NCBI GenBank assembly: GCA_965221955.1
Contig: CBDCTA010000022.1
Location: forward strand, 352,001 to 416,000
Length of the DNA: 64,000 nt
Reading direction: 5' to 3'
Source of the DNA: Gammaproteobacteria bacterium
Lineage (GTDB): Bacteria; Pseudomonadota; Gammaproteobacteria; UBA4575
Both the position numbers and the translations under genes were made by a program. Within the stretch, counting starts at the first letter, position 1. Every line of letters begins with the position of its first letter. This document shows, one piece after another, positions 40,654 to 49,726 of this stretch. The notes beneath the pieces are model-generated. The model saw only the letters and a program-made list of their open reading frames with translations. It ran no database searches and was not told the origin of the DNA.

Positions 40654-41046
40654 TTATGGATTATTGTTGTTTAATATCGACTGCATCCGCTCAATAAAAT
40701 CTCTTTCCACAATTGGTTTTTCAATAAAATCTGCAGCGCCTGCTTGTATGGCTTTTACCGCTGTGTTCACACTGTTGTCACCATCAGCTAGGACCACAAC
40801 AGGTGTAGACAAGCCATGTTCACGCATTTGTTTGATAAACGTTATACCATCAGTATTATTCAGCTTAATTTCGGTAATTAAACAGGCTGGAGTTTCAGAA
40901 ATCGGTGCGGTTAAAAATGCTTTAGCATTATCAAAAGTTTTCACTTCGGCAGGAATTTTTTTCAGCAATTGAGTAATTTGATCGCGAGTATCCTCATCGT
41001 CTATGATGAGATGGATAGGTTTCCTTTTGTTTAATTTCCAAATCAT
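40654..41046 (-). CDS. Single-domain response regulator receiver, atypical (FixT-like)
   Basis: IIDDED, AVKAIQAGAADFIEKP; phosphoacceptor position reads CLITEIKL (E instead of D). Confidence 0.85.
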   Translation of the reverse strand: MIWKLNKRKPIHLIIDDEDTRDQITQLLKKIPAEVKTFDNAKAFLTAPISETPACLITEIKLNNTDGITFIKQMREHGLSTPVVVLADGDNSVNTAVKAIQAGAADFIEKPIVERDFIERMQSILNNNNP

Positions 41047-41135
41047 TGATAATTGTAATAGCTGCTATACGACTACACCTCAGGGTTTCAACCTGCCCTA
41101 ACTAAAAGAATGACATAGATCAGAAGATCAAAATA

Positions 41136-41149
41136 ATGATCTCAATCAA
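41136..41149. promoter_or_regulatory. FNR/FixK box (9/10)
   Basis: ATGATCTCAATCAA, 90 bp upstream of the receiver gene; weaker ATGACATAGATCAG at 41110. Confidence 0.7.
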
Positions 41150-41227
41150 TTTTTTTCTATTTGGATCGCTTGGAGTGTTTATTTTGTGTCTAAACGGACT
41201 TGTTTGACTTAGCTAAGAGGACAATGA

Positions 41228-41833
41228 CTAAGAATTGAGCATAATTTTAACCAGCTCAGCTACAGATTTTGCACCCAGTTTCTCCATAGCGTGCGAGCGG
41301 TGGATTTCGACTGTGCGATCACTAATATCCAGTTCCCGTGCAATCACTTTATTAGCTTTACCTTCTAAAACTAAATCAACTACTTCCTTCTCACGTGCAG
41401 TAAGCGTATTTACTCGATTTTGGTTAGCCAGTAGGTTTTCACGCAATTTTCGATTCGCAAGGTCTTTTTCTAGTGCTTGAGTGACGCAATCGAGTAGTTC
41501 TTGATCTCGAAATGGCTTTTGTAAAAATTCAAATGCACCATCCTTCATCGCTTGAACTGCCATAGTAATATCGCCATGGCCTGTCATTATGATTAACGGT
41601 TGAGGTGCTTTTAATTCGATTAATTTGTGTTGCAATTCAATGCCACTCATACCAGGCATGCGCACATCTGCAAGAATGCAGCCAGATACGTTTTCATTAA
41701 ATTCATTCAAAAAATTAACTGCCGAGTCATAAGCTTGAGTTTGTAATCCAATAGATTCAATTAATTCTACCAAGCTGTCGCGTACATCTTCATCGTCATC
41801 AATAATGTATACAATTTTTTGTTCTTCACTCAT
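41228..41833 (-). CDS. fixJ: FixJ-family response regulator (REC + LuxR HTH)
   Basis: CILADVRMPGMSG, MTGHGD, FLQKP, LTARE, NKVIAREL, RTVEIHR. Confidence 0.9.
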   Translation of the reverse strand: MSEEQKIVYIIDDDEDVRDSLVELIESIGLQTQAYDSAVNFLNEFNENVSGCILADVRMPGMSGIELQHKLIELKAPQPLIIMTGHGDITMAVQAMKDGAFEFLQKPFRDQELLDCVTQALEKDLANRKLRENLLANQNRVNTLTAREKEVVDLVLEGKANKVIARELDISDRTVEIHRSHAMEKLGAKSVAELVKIMLNS

Positions 41834-43356
41834 GCTTCTTCCAATACAGTAGGTATAGTGAAATGAAAAGTAGTTCCTTTATCTGTGTTTTGGGTAAACC
41901 ACATATGCCCTCCATGCAGTTGGATGATTGATTGACAAATTGCTAAACCCATGCCCATCCCGGAAGATTTTGTCGTATAAAATGGGTTAAATAAATTTTG
42001 CGCGGTTTCTTCATCTATACCTTTGCCAAAATCTCTTACCGAAACTTGGATTCTATTTTCATTTTTTAATAAAGTAGATGAAACAATGATTTTTTTATAT
42101 TTCTGGTCTTCTACTGCGGTTGCTTCCATTCCATTACGAATTAAATTTAATATCACCTGTTGAATTTGTATTGCATCCGCTGCAACATTTGGCAAAGTAT
42201 CTGCAAGCTCAAGTTTAATTTTAAACTCCATGGCTTGGGTATCTGCTTGCGCTAAATTCGCTGCCTCTTCTATTGAAGTATTAATATTTATATAGGCATG
42301 TGTTTTGGTTTCATGCTTCACCATAGCTCGTAAGCGAGCAATAACATCACTTGCCCGCAAAGAAGCTTTAGAGATTTTCTTAAGTAATTCATGCAATTTC
42401 TCATAGTCTATATTTTCAGCTTTTATCCTGCGTTGCGCTGCTTTCGCGTAGGAATCAATTGCGGTTAATGGCTGATTGATTTCATGTGCAATTCCAGCTG
42501 CCATTTCTCCCATCATGCTTACACGATCCATATGTGCCAGTTGCTCTTGTTGAGTTTTGATTTGCTCTTCTGTCTCTACATCTTTAGTGATGTCTAAAAT
42601 ATGAGTGATTAATAAGGCAGGTTCACCTTTTTCATCATGTGCAAGTGCGACATTTTCATTTACTAGCGCAACATTTAATAATACATTTATAACTTTGTTG
42701 TCTTTGCGTAGATAACGTTTTTCAAGACTGTATCCAGATAGGTCACCGCTTAATAATTTTCGTAAGTAATCTTTGCTGACATCAATATCATCTGGGTGAG
42801 TAATATCGATGTAGGTTAGTTTTAAAAGTTCAGGTTTAGAGTAGCCTAAAATATCGCATAAAGTTGGATTTACATTTACATACTTACCATCTAGATTCAT
42901 TACCGCTACACCAGTCGGCGCATTTTCAAAAACCAGCCTGAACTCTTCTTCATATAAGCGAGATGCTTCTTGAGCCTGTTTGACATCGGTAAGATCCTGA
43001 ATGAATCCGGTAAAATAATGCTGATTATTATCTGTGAATTCGGCGACGGATAACCATATCGGCAGGCTACTACCGCCCTTTCGTAGGGCAGTAAGTTCCC
43101 GCCCCTTTCCAATAATCTTGGCATCACCAGTGGTAAGATAACTATGAATATAACCATCATGTTGTTCTTGGTAGGGAGACGGCATAAGCATGCTGATATT
43201 TTTTCCAATGACTTCTTCTGCCGTATAAGCAAACATTCTTTCAGCGGCAGGATTAAAGGACTGGATGATTCCAGCATTGTCGATGGTAATAATGCCCTCA
43301 AAAGATGATTCAATAATCGCGTGTAAGCGCGAAGCAGTATTCAAAGGGACAGTCAT
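41830..43356 (-). CDS. fixL: FixL-type soluble heme-PAS sensor histidine kinase
   Basis: Heme-PAS LMPSPYQEQHDGYIHSYLTTGDAKIIGKGRE, second PAS, AHEINQPL, NLIRNG, FYTTK, GMGLAI. Confidence 0.88.
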   Translation of the reverse strand: MTVPLNTASRLHAIIESSFEGIITIDNAGIIQSFNPAAERMFAYTAEEVIGKNISMLMPSPYQEQHDGYIHSYLTTGDAKIIGKGRELTALRKGGSSLPIWLSVAEFTDNNQHYFTGFIQDLTDVKQAQEASRLYEEEFRLVFENAPTGVAVMNLDGKYVNVNPTLCDILGYSKPELLKLTYIDITHPDDIDVSKDYLRKLLSGDLSGYSLEKRYLRKDNKVINVLLNVALVNENVALAHDEKGEPALLITHILDITKDVETEEQIKTQQEQLAHMDRVSMMGEMAAGIAHEINQPLTAIDSYAKAAQRRIKAENIDYEKLHELLKKISKASLRASDVIARLRAMVKHETKTHAYININTSIEEAANLAQADTQAMEFKIKLELADTLPNVAADAIQIQQVILNLIRNGMEATAVEDQKYKKIIVSSTLLKNENRIQVSVRDFGKGIDEETAQNLFNPFYTTKSSGMGMGLAICQSIIQLHGGHMWFTQNTDKGTTFHFTIPTVLEEA

Positions 43357-43603
43357 AACATGGAATTAGTTTGATTCATGGGGTCTTATTATTTTTATTC
43401 TTTAACTACCCTATTAGCTGTGCGGCTAAATGCCATTACTTAATCAGCAGCCTTTCTGGTAACAGAAAAAACCAGCATTTTCGCTATAAGCAGTGCCATT
43501 TTAGCAGCGCAATCTTCTTTACAAATATGCAATTATTTTTTCATATATTTCATGCCCTTAGCTGAACCTTGGCATCTATCCGTACATAGCTTGATCAGCC
43601 GAA

Positions 43604-43639
43604 CTAGGTATTTTCCGAAGGTGTCATACGCGTACGTAC
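43604..43639 (+). promoter_or_regulatory. Candidate FixJ binding region upstream of fnr
   Basis: CTAGGTATTTTCCG (43604) and palindromic CGTACGTACG (43631), resembling rhizobial FixJ sites as I recall them. Confidence 0.4.
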
Positions 43640-43747
43640 GAATTTTTTCTAACTAAGGTTCCAGGTCCAATAATACGTAAGGATGAAGATCTGATTTAGC
43701 ACGGACAAAACAAAGATAACGAATATTTTTAAACCGGAGTAAAGGCT

Positions 43748-44494
43748 ATGCAAACCGCAACCGCTATACCAGTTCAAAAGACATATGCATCAGCACATAT
43801 GTACACACAAAATAATTGCCAACATTGCCATAAAACTGATGTTTGCTTTGCGCATTCATTAGAGGGTGAAGAGCTTGAAGCTTTTAATTCAATTGTTAAG
43901 CATTCTAAGAAATTAAATCGAGGGGATTATCTCTATCAAGCAGGAGATCAATTCAATTCGATTTATGTCATTCGCAGTGGTTCTATTAAAACCTTCATTG
44001 ATGACGAAGAAGGTCGTGAACAAATATTAGGATTTTCGATTCAGGGCGACGTAGTCGCATTAGACGGTACCACCTCAACGGTATATCCCACTTCCGCGCA
44101 AGCGCTAGAAACTACCTATGTATGTGAAATTCCTTTTGCACGCTACATGGAGTTAGCGGCTGAGATTCCTGCTCTTTATCAACACTTGTTGACACAAATG
44201 ACTCATCAAATTCGAGATGATGAAGAACATACATTGTTGATTGGTACAAAAAGCGCCGAACAACGTCTTGCGACCTTATTAGTCAATTTTTCCAATCGCT
44301 ATGCTGAAAGAGGGTTTTCAAAGACGGAGTTTAATCTACATATGTCACGTCGTGATATTGGCAACTACCTCTCAGCTGCCATGGAAACTGTTAGCCGATT
44401 ATTTTCTCGCTTACAAGCGAATGGCCTTATTGAAGTACATGGCAAGCTCGTGGCCATTAAAGACCTAGAAGGATTGCAAAGATACGCATCATAG
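43748..44494 (+). CDS. fnr: FNR-type Crp-family regulator with four Fe-S cysteines
   Basis: C24-x2-C27-x5-C33 plus YVCEIP; HTH MSRRDIGNYL..ETVSR. Confidence 0.9.
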   Translation: MQTATAIPVQKTYASAHMYTQNNCQHCHKTDVCFAHSLEGEELEAFNSIVKHSKKLNRGDYLYQAGDQFNSIYVIRSGSIKTFIDDEEGREQILGFSIQGDVVALDGTTSTVYPTSAQALETTYVCEIPFARYMELAAEIPALYQHLLTQMTHQIRDDEEHTLLIGTKSAEQRLATLLVNFSNRYAERGFSKTEFNLHMSRRDIGNYLSAAMETVSRLFSRLQANGLIEVHGKLVAIKDLEGLQRYAS

Positions 44495-44703
44495 ATACTT
44501 TTTTAGGAATCGAGTTTAAAACATAGATGATACTCCATGAAAGAGGTTGAAACGCTAAGGAAGGTGAAATTTAAAAGGAAGTTAATTTAAGGAGTGATGC
44601 TGCAGGGACAGGTAATGACGTTTAGTGTAAAATTTAAAACAATTACTAAATGTCTAGCCCTGGTCTTGAAATAACATATTACTTACAAATGGGTGATAAG
44701 AGC

Positions 44704-45120
44704 ATGAAAAAAAATTACACGTACAGTTTTATCTTAATTGTGTTGTTAATTTCTTCGATAAACATTAGTGCTGCTGAAGAAGTTAAAGATATAGTAGGTA
44801 AGAAAGAGTTTATGACCTATTGTGGGTCTTGCCACGGAAGTGATGGAAAAGGGGATGGACCGATTGTTGACTTTATTAAACGAAAACCTGTGGATTTAAC
44901 TCAACTTACTAAAAACAATGACGGTGCTTTCCCTTTTGAACGCATTTGGGGTGTATTTGATGGTAGTTATATCTTCGCAGAGCATGGTACGAGTGATATG
45001 CCGATTTGGGGTTATCGCTTTGTGCAAGAAGCACAACAAAAAAATGAATCTGATATCTCTAGTAAAGCTAGAGCAAAAGCCTTAAATATAATTTTATATA
45101 TACAAGTCATACAGGAGTGA
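44704..45120 (+). CDS. Exported monoheme cytochrome c (paralog 2)
   Basis: Likely start ATG 44704; CGSCH, PVDLT, HGTSDMPIWG. Confidence 0.9.
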   Translation: MKKNYTYSFILIVLLISSINISAAEEVKDIVGKKEFMTYCGSCHGSDGKGDGPIVDFIKRKPVDLTQLTKNNDGAFPFERIWGVFDGSYIFAEHGTSDMPIWGYRFVQEAQQKNESDISSKARAKALNIILYIQVIQE

Positions 45121-45581
45121 TCATGAAATCAGTAATCAAATGCTCAATGTTAATAGTTTTTACTCTTATATCACTACACGTGTATGCAGATTCAGCTGAA
45201 CGTGATCCTATTATCGGTGGAGTGGAGTTTGAGCGTTCTTGCGCTATATGCCATGGATTTAATGGTAAAGGTGCAGGCGTGATGGCAGACTCATTAACAA
45301 AAGCGCCATCAGATTTAACGCAACTTACAAATAACAATAATGGCCATTTCCCTTTTAATGACGTGTATCGAACTATTGAAGGTTCACCCAATGTTGGAGT
45401 TCATGGCACAAGAGAAATGCCAATTTGGGGTGACCGTTATCGTATGGAAGCTGAAGAATATAATGAATTAGCTAAAAAATACCATGAAATAACTCAACAG
45501 TCCGCTATCGATGAATACCTTTATTCACGTGGTCTAATCCTTGACCTAATTGTTTATATTATGTCTATACAAGAACAATAA
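45117..45581 (+). CDS. Exported monoheme cytochrome c (paralog 3)
   Basis: CAICH, PSDLT, HGTREMPIWG. Confidence 0.9.
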   Translation: MIMKSVIKCSMLIVFTLISLHVYADSAERDPIIGGVEFERSCAICHGFNGKGAGVMADSLTKAPSDLTQLTNNNNGHFPFNDVYRTIEGSPNVGVHGTREMPIWGDRYRMEAEEYNELAKKYHEITQQSAIDEYLYSRGLILDLIVYIMSIQEQ

Positions 45582-45606
45582 GCCTGTAAAAATTTAGGAG
45601 GTAAAT

Positions 45607-45840
45607 ATGTCTAAAACAGTTAGCAGAGATGAATTATTAACCAAGCAACATGAGCTTATAGACCGTGTTACAGCTATTAAAAGAGATTTCGAGAGTGGAT
45701 TAGACCCTGACCTCGAAGAGCAAGCTCAACAATTGGAAAACTATGAGGTTTTACAGAGGTTGCTAGAACAAGCGAATGCAGAACTTGATAAAATAGACGA
45801 GCAATTAAGGAAAATGGCTGTTGTGTCTGATACTAATTAA
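45607..45840 (+). CDS. DksA/TraR-like coiled-coil protein without zinc finger
   Basis: Helix-DPDLEEQAQQLENYEVL-helix..IDEQLRKM; RBS AGGAGG; no Cys. Confidence 0.65.
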   Translation: MSKTVSRDELLTKQHELIDRVTAIKRDFESGLDPDLEEQAQQLENYEVLQRLLEQANAELDKIDEQLRKMAVVSDTN

Positions 45841-45860
45841 TAAAAACTTAGTGAACCAGG

Positions 45861-46313
45861 TTAAACCTTACGTACGGCTAACACATCACATTCTGCATTA
45901 TTTAACACAGACTGTGCAGTAGATCCAATAAGCTTTTTAATGCCATGAACGCCATGTGCACCGACAATGATTAGATCCATTTTTTTAGCCTTCGCTGCAA
46001 ATAAGATTGAAAAACGTGGTACACCAACTTCTGCTAGAAAGCTAACATTTCCTAAATTATATTTTTTCGCTTCTTCTTTGAGAGCAGCTTCAGCATCTTG
46101 TTTTAGTTTCATCTCCTCAGAGGACCACTCTCTGCTATAACTGATTGCCGCATTTTGTGAGGCGCCTATGAGAGTAGGCATATCTCGTTCCACAACATGA
46201 AACAAAGTGATATTTGCATCAGAGTCTTCACTTATCGTTTCAAGTTTCTTGAAAATTACATCGGTTAATTCAGAATAATCAACCGCTACTAAAACATTTT
46301 TATAGGGAAACAT
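45861..46313 (-). CDS. Universal stress protein (UspA type)
   Basis: YKNVLVAVDYS, DLIIVGAHG, IGSTAQSVL, CDVLAV. Confidence 0.92.
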   Translation of the reverse strand: MFPYKNVLVAVDYSELTDVIFKKLETISEDSDANITLFHVVERDMPTLIGASQNAAISYSREWSSEEMKLKQDAEAALKEEAKKYNLGNVSFLAEVGVPRFSILFAAKAKKMDLIIVGAHGVHGIKKLIGSTAQSVLNNAECDVLAVRKV

Positions 46314-46315
46314 AT

Positions 46316-46582
46316 TTAGTGCTCCTTATTACGCAAATTATGTATGTCTTCTAAAAGTTGTAATGCCAGTGCTGCACCTGGAATGTTAATTTCTAATTCC
46401 TTATAAAATCTTGATGCACGCCCAATACGCTCAAAATCTTTGTGAGAAAACAACCATCTCTCAGGCTTATTTCCAGAAGGTTCAGCAATTCCCCAAGAAA
46501 CCATTTCATCAACCGTCTCTTGATTTAATTTATATGATTTACAAACTGCCTTAGTTGTATAAAACACATTATTGTTCAGCAT
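46316..46582 (-). CDS. cbpM: Chaperone modulator CbpM-like protein (MerR_2)
   Basis: EMVSWGIAEP, RF..ELEINIPGAALALQLLEDI. Confidence 0.8.
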   Translation of the reverse strand: MLNNNVFYTTKAVCKSYKLNQETVDEMVSWGIAEPSGNKPERWLFSHKDFERIGRASRFYKELEINIPGAALALQLLEDIHNLRNKEH

Positions 46583-46659
46583 ATGATCCTTTATTGAAAT
46601 ATTACGTCTATGGCACTTACATCAGGATCTGAATATAGGCATGTGTGTATGCTTGGTTG

Positions 46660-46673
46660 TTGATATATATCAA
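46660..46673. promoter_or_regulatory. FNR/FixK box (perfect)
   Basis: TTGATATATATCAA between divergent cbpM and mgtC-like genes; TATATT at 46696. Confidence 0.85.
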
Positions 46674-46745
46674 ACAGATAGAGGGTTTCTGTATTTATAT
46701 TAGAAATCAAGAAATTCATATAATAATTTTTTTCACAACATTCGT

Positions 46746-48041
46746 ATGGACATTGAGTTAATTATCAATTTGTTAGTTTCTCTTGTCATTGGTGTAATTA
46801 TTGGCTTTGAAAGAGAATGGAAGACTCAAAGTCAAGCTGGAAAAACCTATGATGCTGGGTTGCGAACCTTTGCGATAGTGAGTTTTTTAGGCGGAGTATC
46901 GGCGTTACTCAGCGATGCCGTCACACCTCTTATATTACCCGCCATTGCTTTAGGCTTATCTTCAATTATTTTTATTAGTTACAGACTGAATGCGAAAAAA
47001 TCAGCAGATTTTGGTTATACAACCGAAGTTACGTTATTGCTTGTTTTTGCAATTGGTGCATTTGCAGCTGTGGGATATAAAGTTGAAGCTATTGCTTTGG
47101 CTGCCATAGTGGTTGCGCTGCTACGACTTAAGAGCAAATTACATTTATATATAAAAACACTTGATGCTGATGAAGTAAATGCAACGATCCAGTTGTTATT
47201 ATTAGCTGCAGTTGCTCTACCTTTACTCCCTAATACCAACATTGGACCTGGAGATGCGATTAATCCTCGTACCATAGGTGTCTTAATATTATTGATTGCT
47301 GGAATTTCTTATTTTGGTTATTTCAGTGTGAAATTGCTTGGTAATCGTTTAGGTATATTTTTGACAGCACTGTTAGGTGGGTTAACTTCTTCAACGGCTG
47401 TAACCGTGGCTTTTTCAAAAATGGCATCGAATAATAATGATTCCTCGAATGCATTGCTTGGCGGAGGCATTTCATTAGCTGCAGCGATGATGGGTCCGAG
47501 GTTACTCCTCATGATTGGTATTTTAAATTTATCGTTGCTTCGCTACATCAGCCCTGTATTAATCGTTCTTACATTAATTCCAGCCGTCGCTGTCATCTGG
47601 ATTGCTTATCGTTTTCAGCAAGGTGAAAAACTGAATGCCGAGCTAAAACTAAAAAACCCATTACAGCTAGATACTGCAGCTATTTATGGCGTAGTGCTAT
47701 CAATTTTATTTTTAATAGTGCATCTTGTTGAGGATTATTTTGGTACAGCAGGTGTGTATACGCTGGCTGCATTATCTGGAATTGCCGATGTCGATGCAAT
47801 TAGTATTACTTTAGCTAAATCATCCCATCCTGTTAGCGATAATCTTGTTGCACAAATCGCGGCGAATGGAATTTTAATTGCGGTTTTTGTTAATACCGCG
47901 GTTAAAGCTGTTATTTCTCAAGTGATAGGAGGATGGAAATTGGCGAAATGGAGCGGAAGCATACTTCTTGTTGCATTTGTTGTTGGTTTACTTATGTATT
48001 TTACTATATCACCTATTGAAAATATTTTTAATAGTAACTAG
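46746..48041 (+). CDS. MgtC/SapB + DUF4010 membrane protein
   Basis: IIGFERE, AGLRTF, GYTTE, LPLLP, GGLTSSTAVT, GIADVDA. Confidence 0.88.
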   Translation: MDIELIINLLVSLVIGVIIGFEREWKTQSQAGKTYDAGLRTFAIVSFLGGVSALLSDAVTPLILPAIALGLSSIIFISYRLNAKKSADFGYTTEVTLLLVFAIGAFAAVGYKVEAIALAAIVVALLRLKSKLHLYIKTLDADEVNATIQLLLLAAVALPLLPNTNIGPGDAINPRTIGVLILLIAGISYFGYFSVKLLGNRLGIFLTALLGGLTSSTAVTVAFSKMASNNNDSSNALLGGGISLAAAMMGPRLLLMIGILNLSLLRYISPVLIVLTLIPAVAVIWIAYRFQQGEKLNAELKLKNPLQLDTAAIYGVVLSILFLIVHLVEDYFGTAGVYTLAALSGIADVDAISITLAKSSHPVSDNLVAQIAANGILIAVFVNTAVKAVISQVIGGWKLAKWSGSILLVAFVVGLLMYFTISPIENIFNSN

Positions 48042-48054
48042 TTCAATTTTGTAT

Positions 48055-48936
48055 ATGCATGAAACAAATTTAAATAAGACCACAGTTGATAATTTGATCG
48101 ACGCAAATACAAACTTTGAAGATTTAATAGAAAATATCTTTAAAGATTATTTAGAAGAAATTCTAAATAATCATAAATTACTATCCAATTCATATGATGA
48201 TGAAAACTTGCATCAAATGAGGGTTAGTTTAAGAAAATTTAAGTCTTTTTTAAGTTTTATTAAGAACGATATACCTAAAAAAGAATGGAAATATGCGAAT
48301 ACTTTATATAAAAATTTAATTAAACCAACCTCAAAGGCAAGAGATTATGATGTGTTTAAGAGTGAATATTTACATCCCAATTATACTCACAATAAAAAAG
48401 TGGGTGAGAGTCAGGAAATATATGAAGTATTTGAAAGTAAGCTAAAGAGTTTACATGAAAATATTGAAAGTCATTTAGCATCAAATCAATATTTGAATGA
48501 CTTAGAAAAGTTATCTGATTGGGCAACACATTATAGGTGGAAAAAGAAGTTATCAAAATTTAGAAAATGTAAAGGTGAGGAATTAATAGCTTTAGTCAAT
48601 AGAATGGTACAACAAAAATACAAGAGTATTACTAAATATAAAAAGCATGTTTTAAATTTTAATCGTAAAGAACTACACCGATATCGAGTAGATATCAAAG
48701 AACTTCGATATACGTTAGAAGCACTAGAACCGTATATCGAACATGGCAAGAAAGAAGCTAAATTGTTAAAAAACATGCAAGAAATTTTAGGCAAAATTAA
48801 TGACACCTATACCGCTGAAAACGTAGTGCAAGAATTAAACCTCAGCAATAATCATGCTCGACCCAGGCCATCCATTGAACAACGCGCCTTTGACCAAAGA
48901 CATCGGTACTTCGTCCAATTAGCTAATATTAAATAA
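48055..48936 (+). CDS. CHAD-domain (polyphosphate-binding) protein
   Basis: LHQMRVSLRK, ARDYDV, LHRYRVDIKELRY, QEILGKIND; likely ATG 48055. Confidence 0.85.
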   Translation: MHETNLNKTTVDNLIDANTNFEDLIENIFKDYLEEILNNHKLLSNSYDDENLHQMRVSLRKFKSFLSFIKNDIPKKEWKYANTLYKNLIKPTSKARDYDVFKSEYLHPNYTHNKKVGESQEIYEVFESKLKSLHENIESHLASNQYLNDLEKLSDWATHYRWKKKLSKFRKCKGEELIALVNRMVQQKYKSITKYKKHVLNFNRKELHRYRVDIKELRYTLEALEPYIEHGKKEAKLLKNMQEILGKINDTYTAENVVQELNLSNNHARPRPSIEQRAFDQRHRYFVQLANIK

Positions 48937-48946
48937 CTGCACTTTA

Positions 48947-48960
48947 TTGATCTTAATCAA
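48947..48960 (+). promoter_or_regulatory. FNR/FixK box (perfect)
   Basis: TTGATCTTAATCAA upstream of hsp20; -10 TAGAAT at 48982 places the box near -41.5. Confidence 0.88.
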
Positions 48961-49020
48961 TACTCCATTGAGTTTAGGATTTAGAATTTTCCTACTAAAT
49001 TCACTACGGAGGATGCACAA

Positions 49021-49461
49021 ATGAAATTAGTCCCTAGAGATCCTTTTTTTAATTACTTCCCACATTTTAAGGATATTAATCGATTTTTTAATGTGGAATT
49101 AGACGATGAAGATAGCACAGTTGCTACAAGCGCTTGGACACCCGCCGTGGATATCGCTGAACATGACGATCATTTTCTTATTGAAGCCGATGTTCCAGGT
49201 GTTGATCCTAAAGACATTGAAGTCAGCATGGAGAGCGGTGTTATATCGCTAAAAGGTGAGCGCGAAAATGAGATAAAAGAGGAAAAAGAAGGCTACACTC
49301 GCGTTGAACGTTCACATGGAAGTTTTTATCGACGTTTTAGCCTTCCTGAAACAGCCGATCCTGAGAACATTACGGCTAAATCAAGTAAAGGTGTATTAAA
49401 AATTACCGTTGGTAAAAAAGAAACTGCCAAGCCTAAAAAAATTACAGTAAACGTTCAATAG
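49021..49461 (+). CDS. Hsp20/alpha-crystallin small heat-shock protein
   Basis: WTPAVDI, ADVPGV, ERSHGSFYRRFSLP, GVLKI, KITV. Confidence 0.95.
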   Translation: MKLVPRDPFFNYFPHFKDINRFFNVELDDEDSTVATSAWTPAVDIAEHDDHFLIEADVPGVDPKDIEVSMESGVISLKGERENEIKEEKEGYTRVERSHGSFYRRFSLPETADPENITAKSSKGVLKITVGKKETAKPKKITVNVQ

Positions 49462-49475
49462 ATCTGTCTCATATG

Positions 49476-49515
49476 CAAGACCGCATATCTAATAACAATT
49501 CGATGTGTGGTCTTG
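49476..49515 (+). terminator. Hairpin after hsp20, probable terminator
   Basis: CAAGACCGCATATC / GATGTGTGGTCTTG pairing with G-U, followed by T-rich sequence. Confidence 0.55.
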
Positions 49516-49614
49516 AAGTTTTCAATTTTTAAAAATAGTATTTTTCAAGCTACAACCATCTGTTTGTTTTCTATAATGTAGGACACTATTTAAACTGCAG
49601 CATTGTTAACAATG

Positions 49615-49628
49615 CTGACATACATCAA
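49615..49628 (+). promoter_or_regulatory. FNR/FixK box (8/10)
   Basis: CTGACATACATCAA upstream of tandem USPs; TATAGT at 49650 fits class II spacing. Confidence 0.7.
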
Positions 49629-49726
49629 AGCCTTATCCCAAATCAAATATATAGTGTGTATAAGATATTCGTAGGAATTAGTTAACTCTTTATGAGTGGC
49701 TTCGCTAATGATTAAGGAGATGAAAT

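Noticed and set aside
43371-43565. 64-aa ORF between fixL and fnr
   Set aside because: Weak start, no RBS, occupies the divergent promoter region
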